Assembly (NCBI GenBank): GCA_964016885.1
Contig: OZ024742.1
Location: forward strand, 118,296,001 to 118,360,000
Length of the DNA: 64,000 nt
DNA from: Eledone cirrhosa
Lineage: Eukaryota
Reading direction: 5' to 3'
Positions 26,214 through 36,665 of the stretch are shown in pieces. Numbering within the stretch: position 1 is the first letter of the stretch; every line of letters starts with the position of its first letter. Below the pieces are notes generated by a model, which made no database searches, was not told the DNA's origin, and saw only the letters and a list, made by a program, of their open reading frames with translations. The position numbers and the translations under genes were made by a program.

Positions 26214-26468
26214 ATATTATTTATTTATGTTCATACATGGAACTAAAGCGCTACATAAGGTTTCAAGGTCCAATATTGACCATATCTTCAGATTGTAAGA
26301 GGGATCAAAATTATGACCTAACCTTCAGACACTTAGACGAATTTCCTAAGCGCCTGAAGATTAGGTCACAAATTTGATCTTTCTTACAATCTGGTGATAT
26401 GGCCAATATTGGGCCTTGAATCTTTAGGTAAGGTCTTAGTTCAATGTATGAACATAAATAAATAATAT
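26214..26468. repeat. 255-bp palindrome with a hammerhead-like motif on each arm
   Basis: Arms pair end to end. The minus arm reads AAGTGT-CTGAAGG..CTGAAGA..GACCTT-GAAAC-CTTAT-GTA-GCGCTT. Confidence 0.75.
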
Positions 26469-26593
26469 ATTAGCTCTCATAACGGATTGAGCACTGTTTT
26501 CTATTTTTCCTTTTTCACAACTACGAATAGTTACGACATATACATATACATATATGTATTTTTGTGTGCGTGTGTGGAAGCATATGTGTACAT

Positions 26594-26630
<37 letters not shown>

Positions 26631-26664
26631 TACACATATGCATATACATACACAGGCACACGCC

Positions 26665-26729
<65 letters not shown>

Positions 26730-26878
26730 TGGGTGCAGTTTTTAAAATGTAGATAAAACATTCTAGGGATTATTATGCATTTAAAAAGATGAACTTGTTG
26801 AGGTATTTATTTATATATTGGTTAATTCCAATGAGTCCAGGAGGATGAAACATAAATTAAATTATGATATAGATAATG

Positions 26879-26910
<32 letters not shown>

Positions 26911-26935
26911 ACTCGGAGGAATGTTTCTTGATTGA

Positions 26936-27014
26936 GATGTTCCCTGATGAGCTGTGACTTCTCACAGTACTAAAAAAACCTGCGATTATTCTGCGAAACT
27001 GCAGTCGGGACATC
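26936..27014 (+). ncRNA. Type I hammerhead ribozyme, intact catalytic core
   Basis: Stem I GATGTTCC/GGGACATC; CTGATGA at 26944-26950; stem II closed by GC/GC; GAAAC-TGCA-GTC at 26995-27006. Confidence 0.82.
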
Positions 27015-27029
27015 AAAGTAAACAGGTAA

Positions 27030-27770
27030 AATATTTCTTGGATTGTATGTTGAGATATAGGGCAGAGTATTGGATATATCTGAAGTTGTTTGTTTTTTGT
27101 AATTCTTGAATGGCTATTGCTTTGGTAATTTCTATTCCGTTGTCTATTAATAATGATGGATACTGTCTTTCGAATAGAATTTCTTTTAGTTCTTGGGGTC
27201 TTTTGTTCCTAGTTTCATAATTTGAGACAATTTTACAGATTCTTCTTGCTAGATTAAATGGAATATTTGTCTTCGTGTGTTTAGGCTCGCTTGAACTGAA
27301 TACTAAGTATTATTTAGAATCTGGCCAGTGGATTGGCAGTATCGGTAGAGGGTCGGACGACATGCTTTACAGTATAGAGTTACGCCACTTTATGATCTGA
27401 GTTCAAATCCCGCCGAGGTTAACTTTGCCTTTCATCCTTGCGGGGTTGATAAAATAAAGTACCAGTAATGCGCTGGGAAAATTGCTGGCCTTGTGCCAAA
27501 AAGTAGAAACAATTATTTAGAATCTGTTGGTTTGTGGTCGATGTCAGTCTCAATATTTGTTATTTTTTCAGATTAAAATCTCCAGGAATAGAAGTTGGTT
27601 TTAACTATATTCCATTGGGAATTGGCTGTTATTATTGATGATGTTAATAAGGATTTTGAATTCATTAAGTTGGTAGTGTGCGCGTCCCTAGAATAAGGCA
27701 GTCATTTAAATACCGTTTCCAGTTGTCTAGCATATATTTGTGGAATTCATATATTTATTTAACTGATAGC
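27030..27770 (-). mobile_element. Penelope-like element RT/thumb fragment (degenerate), interrupted by a SINE
   Basis: Translates to ..WKRYLNDCLI..TDIDHKPTDSK*YLVFSSSEPKHTKTNIPFNLARRICKIVS..QYP, a PLE thumb pattern. Confidence 0.75.
27324..27511 (+). mobile_element. SINE family A with 15-bp TSD
   Basis: TSD ATTATTTAGAATCTG at 27309-27323 and 27512-27526. Confidence 0.92.
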
Positions 27771-28237
27771 ATTTTCTCTCTTATTGTGTGGTCTTTTAGA
27801 GTAATTTCGTTTTTTTGTTTTTTTGGTTTTTTTTGTGCGGATTGTTGTTCCTGTTTGGAATTGCTTTGTGGGTTGTGGTTTCTGTTCCTTTGTGTATGTT
27901 GGGCTCTACAGATTTGGAATAGATCCTGTCTTGAGGTAGGGAGCACTTGGGTTCTTTTAGTGGAGATATTTGGTTGTCTAAAAGTTCTGGAATTGTCACT
28001 ATAACTTCGGTGAGTGTAGGTTTGACGTTTTGGCACTGGTTTTGTTGGTTGTGAGTGTGGTTTGAGAATTTAAACTCTTTTCAGAAATGGGTTATCCGTG
28101 TGGTGTTCGTTTTTGAATTCCTTTTCATATAGTGGCTGAATTAAACAGCATGTTTTTCCCATCAATGAAGAGATGTAAGTTCGTCATTTTCACAACTCTC
28201 TCTCCAAAGTATACACACACGCACAGACAGTACACGC

Positions 28238-28308
<71 letters not shown>

Positions 28309-28599
28309 TGTGTGTGTGTGTGTATGTGTGTGTGTGTGTGTGTGCGTGTTTGTGTGTGTGTATGTGTGCGTGTGTGTGTGCGTGCGTTTATGAATATTTA
28401 TACATACTTACATACATACATATATAATAGCTGAAAATACTATCGAAGGCACTTAGAGAACGAGAATTTCATGTGAACATGGTTTTCAGACGGTGATTAG
28501 AATATCCTAGCAGAGGAATTTATAGCTTTGTCATTGATATCGATAAAATTTTCTTTAAAAATGTAGATAATGTCGCGTGATTAAAGTACATTATATTAG

Positions 28600-28780
28600 A
28601 ATTGGCAGTATCGTTAGAGGGTTGGACGCCATGCTTTCTAGCATAGTTATGTCCCTTTACAGTCTGAGTTCAAATCCCGCCGAGGTTAACTTTACCTTTC
28701 ATCCTTACGGAGTCGATAAAATAAAGTACCAGTAATGTACTGGGTAATTGCTGGCTTTGTGCCTAAAGTAGAAACAATTA
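28600..28780 (+). mobile_element. SINE family A
   Basis: Family match; the tail runs directly into the satellite. Confidence 0.9.
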
Positions 28781-30457
28781 TGTGTTGTGTATGTATGTGT
28801 TGTGTATGTGTTGTGTATGTGTTGTGTATGTATGTGTTGTGTATGTATTGTGTATGTATGTGTTGTGTATGTATGTGTTGTGTATGTGTTGTGTATGTAT
28901 GTGTTGTGTATGTATTGTGTATGTATGTGTTGTGTACGTATGTGTTGTGTATGTGTTGTGTATGTATGTGTTGTGTATGTATTGTGTATGTGTTGTGTAT
29001 GTATGTGTTGTGTATGTGTTGTGTATGTGTTGTGTATGTATGTGTTGTGTATGTGTTGTGTATGTATGTGTTGTGTATGTGTTGTGTATGTATGTGTTGT
29101 GTATGTGTTGTGTATGTATGTGTTGTGTATGTGTTGTGTATGTATGTGTTGTGTATGTATGTGTTGTGTATGTGTTGTGTATGTATGTGTTGTGTATGTG
29201 TGTTGTGTATGTGTTGTGTTGTGTATGTGTTGTGTATGTGTTGTGTATGTATGTGTTGTGTATGTATGTGTTGTGTATGTATTGTGTATGTATGTGTTGT
29301 GTATGTATGTGTTGTGTATGTGTTGTGTATGTATGTGTTGTGTACGTATGTGTTTTGTATGTATGTGTTGTGTATGTATGTGTTGTGTATGTATTGTGTA
29401 TGTATGTGTTGTGTATGTATGTGTTGTGTATGTGTGTTGTGTATGTGTTGTGTTGTGTTGTGTATGTGTTGTGTATGTGTTGTGTATGTATGTGTTGTGT
29501 ATGTATGTGTTGTGTATGTGTTGTGTATGTGTTGTGTATGTGTTGTGTATGTATGTGTTGTGTATGTGTTGTGTATGTGTTGTGTTGTGTATGTGTTGTG
29601 TTGTGTTGTGTATGTGTTGTGTATGTATGTGTTGTGTATGTATTGTGTATGTATGTGTTGTGTATGTGCGTGTTGTGTATGTATGTGTTGTGTATGTGTT
29701 GTGTATGTATGTGTCGTGTATGTGTTGTGTATGTATGTGTTGTGTATGTATGTGTTGTCTATGTGTTGTGTAAGTATGTGTTGTGTATGTATGTGTTGTG
29801 TATGTATGTGTTGTGTATGTATTGTGTATGTATGTGTTTTGTATGTATGTGTTGTGTATGTATGTCTTGTGTATGTGTTGTGTATGTATGTGTTGTCTAT
29901 GTATGTGTTGTGTATGTATGTGTTGTGTATGTATGTGTAGTGTATGTGTTGTCTATGTATGTATTGTATATGTATGTGTTGTCTATGTATGTGTTGTGTA
30001 TGTATGTGTTGTGTATGTATGTGTAGTGTATGTGTTGTGTATGTATGTGTTGTGTATGTGTTGTGTATGTATGTGTTGTGTATGTATGTGTAGTGTATGT
30101 GTTGTGTATGTATGTGTTGTGTATGTGTTGTGTATGGTTGTGTTGTGTATGTGTTGTGTATGTATGTGTTGTGTTGTGTATGTGTTGTGTATGTATGTGT
30201 TGTGTATGTATGTGTAGTGTATGTGTTGTGTATGTATGTGTTGTGTATGTATGTGTAGTGTATGTGTTGTGTATGTATGTGTTGTGTACGTGTTGTGTAT
30301 GTATGTGTTGTGTATGTATGTGTAGTGTATGTGTTGTGTATGTATGTGTTGTGTATGTGTTGTGTATGTATGTGTTGTGTATGTATGTGTAGTGTATGTG
30401 TTGTGTATGTATGTGTTGTGTATGTGTTGTGTATGGTTGTGTTGTGTATGTGTTGTG
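28781..30457. repeat. 1.7-kb mosaic satellite of TGTGTTGTGTA (11-mer) and TGTA (4-mer) units
   Basis: Directly visible; variant units gtagt and gtcta cluster in the right half. Confidence 0.95.
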
Positions 30458-30837
30458 TTTAAATACTCACATATATAATCAGTTGTGATGTGAAATGATA
30501 TATATATATATGTGTGTGTGTGTGCGTGTAAGGGAAGGTTGCTTGACACACACGAAAATACAACTGCTTACACATACAAATATGCGCACGCACGTGTCAA
30601 AATATATGTATGATACACACGTAATTACACATTTAAGTAGATGCATAATCACACACACACATACATGCTTGTACATATATACTTCTCTCCCATTCATGTG
30701 CAATAAGTAATTCTTAACCCTTTCCTGATAGTCTCCATTATATCCAGACTTTTATGGTGTAACAAGTATGTATATATATATATATATATATATATACGAT
30801 ATTAAATAAATGGAAACTATATTTATAAAACCATATT

Positions 30838-30903
30838 TATTTCATTATATATATTTCAGGGATATCATATTAAAAATATGGTATGCCTTCTTCAGACAAA
30901 ATA
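30838..30903 (-). ncRNA. Minimal type I hammerhead ribozyme in the 3' pLTR
   Basis: TATTTTGT-CTGAAGA-AGGCATACCATAT..ATATGATATCCCT-GAAA-TATATA-TA-ATGAAATA; stems I and II pair. Confidence 0.75.
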
Positions 30904-31161
30904 CAATATAAACAGTCTTATAAATAGATAGATTTGACATACCTTACAACTTCAACTTCCATTTAAAAAGTTGATTTGGTAGTGAAAAATGTTAGGGACA
31001 GTTATAAAAAGAAAGAAAGAAAAAAAAAGCGAAGAAAAAGAAGAAATGCATGCAACTAAACAGAGAGAGATAGATATAGAGAGATAGATAGAGAGAAGAA
31101 ATTCATGTAAAGAAACAGAAAGAGATAGATAGAGAGAGAAAAAACACAGAGGGAGATAGAT

Positions 31162-31193
<32 letters not shown>

Positions 31194-31508
31194 AAAATAG
31201 AGAGAGATAGATATAGATAGAGATAGAGAGAAAGAAAATAGGTAGTTGGGCACCAGTTGAATGACGTATCAATGATATATTTATTTATTTATTTATTTAT
31301 TTAGTTCTAGTAGAGAGAGATATATGTGGTTAGGAGAGAAAACAGCCGTTACATACAGAGAAAAGAAAAATATCCAGAGATAAACGAGGCAGATTTAAAA
31401 CTTTATGTTTCATCAATGTAAAAATATCAATTCGTATGAATTAGGTATTATAATGTAAATATCAGTATTCATGAATGAGACACGTATCAATAATGTGTGA
31501 AAAATAAT

Positions 31509-31692
31509 TGTTTCTACCTTTGGCACAAGGCCAGCAATTACCCAGTACATTACTGGTACTTTATTTTATCGACCCCGCAAGGATGAAAGGCAAAGTCAAC
31601 CTCGGCGGGATTTGAACTCAGATCGAAAAGGGACGTAACTATGCTGGAAAGCATGGCGTCCGACCCTCTACCGATACTGCCAATCCACCGCC
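31509..31692 (-). mobile_element. SINE family A with 15-bp TSD, nested in the PLE 3' region
   Basis: TSD TGTGTGAAAAATAAT at 31494-31508 and 31693-31707. Confidence 0.92.
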
Positions 31693-31746
31693 TGTGTGAA
31701 AAATAATGATCATATGTCTAGTTTAAAATTCCTAGGTTTATATCAG

Positions 31747-31804
31747 AACTGAGATAAAAAACTGAGATAAAAAAAACTGAGATAAAAAACTGAGATAAAA
31801 AACT
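31747..31804. repeat. Four tandem ctgagata(a)n units
   Basis: Directly visible. Confidence 0.85.
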
Positions 31805-32495
31805 TCAAAAAAAATTGAAATACATAAGTATATATGCACTTTCATGAAAAAAGAAAAAGAAAAAGAAAATAGAAGGTTATCCCAGATTCGATACTATAGA
31901 CTTCCATGTGAATTTACGTGATCAACTCTGCAAATTCCTATTTCACATGAAAACATTCTCATTGTGCTATAAAAATTCTAGTATACATATATGTGTACAT
32001 ACACACAAATATATATAGAATCTACATTAATTTTAACAATACTATTCTTGTCTTTACTCTACATGATTATCGTTCAAGCATAAATAGACAACAGATATCA
32101 ATATATCAATAAAAATATCAAAAAATTAAAAAATATTAAAAATAAAACACAGTATGCCCCGCAAATCAACCACAGAGATCAACCCTTCAAAATTAATTGA
32201 CAATATATTGCCAAGTTCATTATAAGCATCAGAATCAAAAGCAAACAAAACCAAAATTATTTACCAAATCCTGTCTAGCAGAAATCATTCCAAAAGTTTA
32301 GGATACCCATTTGATCTACAGATGGTCTTATATTTATTATAGAAGTTTATCTAGTGTAAAATTTATTCGATATATTTGGAGCATCAGCTTTTAGGGTAGT
32401 TTAATTATTCATGAAGAATGTTTAAAAAAAAAAAAAAGAAATCGAAAGATTTATCGGCGAGTTTCATAAATAATTATAAATCATAAGTAAATATA

Positions 32496-34690
32496 CTACA
32501 TTTTAAATTTATATTTATATTTAAAAGTTGAGTTCAATCTATGTCTGCAGCAACTGAATAAATTTGTCCGTAAATTGAGGGAATTTTTAGATTTTAGTAT
32601 AAAGAATATCTCCTCCGCGCAGAGGTCACATGTCTCAGAGGATGAATTAAAAGGAATCCCTCTTGAGACTATATTCCAAGCCGTCGAATATCCAACGTTA
32701 TCATGCTTAAGTTGCCAGAGTAAGCCTGATAGTGATGTTGAAGATTTTTTGCTTGGATCTGTGAAAGAATTCTTGTGGTTATTATAGCGAAGTTTAAATT
32801 CTGTCGAGGTGGAACCAACATAGTTAAAAGAATTTAAGTCCGTTTTAACATTACAGTTGTATATTATATTTTTAACTAAGCAATTGTTATTTAACGGACA
32901 TTTAGATCTATCTCTACAGTTACATTTGTTTACTTGGATATTATTTATGCTATTATCGGTATTTTGGCTAGGTTTTAAATTCCTATTATTTATTCTATTA
33001 ATATTTTGTGCTAAATTTTTGGTGGATGAGTAAGTTAATTTTATAGTATGTCTATTGAAAATTGAGTGATACCTATGTGTTCTAGGGAAGCGATTATCAA
33101 GAGCATTAAAAAATAGTTTAGCGATGTGGGTTTTAATGTTTAGTGAGAAAGGGGGGGGGCAAACCATATTATATTCCTAGTTCTATTTCTTTTTTGGCTT
33201 TTGGAATTATTGTAATGCTTTCTATTATAGTTGTTAAAGTTGTTGCCGTAATTAAAATTGTTGTTATTTTGGTTAGTTTGTCTATTATTATCTATGTACA
33301 TAATTTTATCACTATATCCTGCTCTAGCTAACGCTTCATTGTAATACTGGGCTTTTTCGTCGAAAATCTTTTTATTAGATGAGATTCTAGAGATACGTTT
33401 TTGAACAGAGTTCACTATAGTATTTTTAACAGATCTGGGGTGGTTAGAGTTAAAACTGACATAGTTTAAGTTTTCATTCAACTTGTGAAATGGATAGTGA
33501 AGACATGTGTTGAGATTTAATGTTACATCTAGGAAATTGACTATTCTATGGTTATTCTCAATTTCTATTTTTAGATTAAAGTAATTAAAAAATTGTGTAA
33601 TTTGTTTTCATTTTCTATTTAGTTCAGAGTTATTATTTTCAATAAGTAAAAGCATGTCATCTCTATATAAACCTCCGGTAGCACCGGGTATTTTCCTATG
33701 CAGCGAATTGATTATAAATAGGCCCACAAGGTCAGTTACCTGAGCTGAGTCGGATGATCCCATAGTAATGTCGAAATTGTTATCTCTATCTGCTCTGGTC
33801 CATAGTTGGTCATTAAATTCTATCAATGTTTTCCTAGCCGATAATATAATGTGCATTTCATTGCTAGTTAGGTCTGTATGTTTGAATGCGTAATTTAGTG
33901 CCTTATTTAGTAGATTAGGGGTAATAGATGAATAATAGTTTGCAATATCTAGTTGAATAAATTTATTATTATTGTTATATTTAATTTCTTTAAACCACTC
34001 AATAACCTCTCCAGTTCCCTTCCACAAGCTCAAGTTAGGTAAACAATTCAAGTTTTTAATTTGCTGTATCACCCTGTCTAGAATGTTTTTGCTTAGTTTA
34101 CCCAGGTCAGATTTTGATGGTGCAATCAATCTGACTGGCAGGTCATTTTCAAAATTTCTTTTGTGATCTTTCATATTGATCTTCGGTTTCCTGGGCACGA
34201 AAGGTTGTGTTCTGTTCTCAATTTCCAACTCATGCATTATACAAGATGCCTCAACATTCATTTTCTCAAGCTCGGCCTTATCTGCTACCTTGTACTTTTT
34301 CCTCAGTTCTTTCAGTATGAGGCCATTATACATGTCTTTTTGCACTCCATAGAGGTTGTTGGTCTTGTCAGATTTCACCAAGATCTTCTCAGTTTTCTCT
34401 AAGCTCTCAATATTATCCTTAATGCCTTTCAGATATTCCTGGCCTTTGAAGTTTCTCTTGAATTTGACTCCTTGTATGATAGAAATTATATCGTTTTCAA
34501 AGTCAAATAAAAGTTTGTTGGGGGGTGGATTTTTTTTAGATTTGAAAACTTTGTCTAAGTCCGAGACATTTTCATTTATATTAGATTTATCAAAGTGGAA
34601 TGCACGCCACCTGATTCTCCTTATAAAAGAGTCCGATTTATCTATTAATTGTTTAATAAAGTCTTTGTTTCTAGGTAGAGGTATGTCTTC
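32496..34690 (-). pseudogene. PLE RT-GIY-YIG polyprotein with one in-frame TGA (33608) and one frameshift at a G9 run (~33155)
   Basis: EDIPLP..FIRRIRWRAF, VKSDKTNN, DIANYY, FDITMGS, GLYRDD, NFLDV, SNHP, CNCR..CPL..CL, IIY..YVGST..FKLRYNNH, CDLCAEE, CRH. Confidence 0.9.
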
Positions 34691-34922
34691 TCTCTCTATC
34701 TATCTCTCTCTGTTTCTTTACATGAATTTCTTCTCTCTATCTATCTCTCTATATCTATCTCTCTCTGTTTAGTTGCATGCATTTCTTCTTTTTCTTCGCT
34801 TTTTTTCTTTCTTTCTTTTTATAACTGTCCCTAACATTTTTCACTACCAAATCAACTTTTTAAATGGAAGTTGAAGTTGTAAGGTATGTCAAATCTATCT
34901 ATTTATAAGACTGTTTATATTG

Positions 34923-34989
34923 TATTTTGTCTGAAGAAGGCATACCATATTTTTAATATGATATCCCTGAAATATATATAATGAAAATA
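34923..34989 (+). ncRNA. Minimal type I hammerhead in the inverted 5' pLTR
   Basis: CTGAAGA at 34931-34937, GAAA at 34969-34972, then TATATA-TA. Inverted copy of 30838-30903. Confidence 0.72.
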
Positions 34990-35125
34990 AATATAGTTTC
35001 CATTTATTTAATATCGTAAATATACTCCAAATACTTGTTGAGTGCTTTTATATCAGTTATAAATATTTACTCGTTGTAACCCAACAATTTAAATAAAACT
35101 TTGCATATATATATATATATATATT

Positions 35126-35255
<130 letters not shown>

Positions 35256-35337
35256 ATTCGTTTTTTTAATTATTTTTGCGAGATTTCTTATCTGAAAAGG
35301 TGTGTTGAAACAGATACTGTTATACTTTGGGAGGGTC

Positions 35338-35554
35338 ATGCTGCCAATAAAAACACGCACCTGTTCAATTCAATTTATTATAAGTTTCCGGTTGGTTGGT
35401 CGGTCGGTTGGTTAGGTAACGGGAAGGTTGTTTATATATTGTCAAAGCTCTTTCGTCACACACTCTATGACCTTTGTTGTGTCCTACACCAACCGAAAAC
35501 TTAAAATAAATTGAAGTGAAAAGCAACAGGTGCGTGTGTTTTTATTGGCACCAT
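35338..35554. repeat. Inverted-repeat element with ~60-bp arms
   Basis: catgctgccaataaaaacacgcacctgtt..ttcaatttatt..aagtttccggttggt mirrors accaaccgaaaactt..aataaattgaa..aacaggtgcgtg..tttttattggcaccatg. Confidence 0.7.
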
Positions 35555-35571
35555 GTTTTTATTGGCAGCAA

Positions 35572-35731
35572 AGAAAGTGTTGTAAAGAACCAGGTGGACC
35601 ATAACGCACTCGTGGGTCATAGGAAAAGGTTCATGATCCCGACGGTAGAGCTCAAGCCGTTTCGACGGCTATTTCTGGAGTCCAGAAATAGCCGTCGAAA
35701 CGGCTTGAGCTCTGCCATCGGGGTTAAACAT

Positions 35732-35735
<4 letters not shown>
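35572..35735 (-). mobile_element. Palindromic element family P, third copy
   Basis: Palindrome at 35635-35725 plus the inverted tail shared with 18412-18447; abuts (TA)n. Confidence 0.75.
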
Positions 35736-35814
<79 letters not shown>

Positions 35815-35877
35815 TACATTGATACATACATGCACACACACACACACATATGTATGTAGGGGGAGGGAGATAGATAG

Positions 35878-35971
<94 letters not shown>

Positions 35972-35981
35972 AGATAGATAG

Positions 35982-35984
<3 letters not shown>

Positions 35985-36020
<36 letters not shown>

Positions 36021-36399
36021 TTTCTTTATTAGCCACAGGGGCACAAAAGAAGGGGACAAATACAAAGGGGGAAGTTTACATACAATAAAAACGTGTAAAA
36101 TGTTATCACAGATGGAATTTAAAAGTTAGTCGATTTTCCCCAATAGAGGGAGACAGTTTATATGGGTAACACAGACCCCCGAAAAAAATGTGCAACCCTC
36201 ATCTCCAGGAGTACGAAGAGCTTGTACTCCTTTCCTCTCCTCCTCCTTTTCCTCAACCTACAGGCTGATATAGAGAGAAGGCCCATTCACTCGGGCCATT
36301 CTCGCCACTTTCACCCACCTTTCATAAAACTTGCTGGGGTACAGCACCTCTCTCTCCATCCTGATTCTTCTTCCAAAGTGGTATTTGAAAAAAAGAATC
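35985..36399 (-). mobile_element. 5'-truncated Tx1 copy with poly(A) tail and 17-bp TSD
   Basis: Homologous to the 3' end of 36430-36810; poly-T tract on the + strand; TSD AGTTAGATAGATAGATG at 35968-35984 and 36400-36416. Confidence 0.85.
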
Positions 36400-36665
36400 A
36401 GTTAGATAGATAGATGGATAGATAGATAGATTTCTTTATTTGCCACAAGGGCGCACAAGAAAAGGGGGACAATACAAAGACACATGCCGGGGATTTTACA
36501 TACAGTCGTGTAAAAAATATAAAACAAACAATTATAACAATCGAAATCCCCAATAGGGGGAAGCGCCACAAATGGGTTGTTTAATACCCCGTCGATAGAA
36601 TAACCCTCAACTCCAGGAGCGTGGTGTGCAAGTGCTCCTTTCTACCTTTTGCTCTCTTCTTTAAC

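Larger units (their letters stand above)
30795..35018 (-). mobile_element. Penelope-like element (Naiad/Chlamys-type) with inverted pLTRs
   Basis: RT + GIY-YIG frame. A ~330-345-bp inverted repeat (30795-31140 / 34688-35018) contains a hammerhead motif. Confidence 0.9.

Noticed and set aside
28735-30549. 400-aa Cys/Val/Met/Tyr-rich ORFs
   Set aside because: Translation of a stop-poor TG-rich satellite, open in all three + frames; not a gene.
31747-31804. Short regularly spaced repeats (CRISPR-like?)
   Set aside because: No unique spacers, no cas genes, and eukaryotic context.
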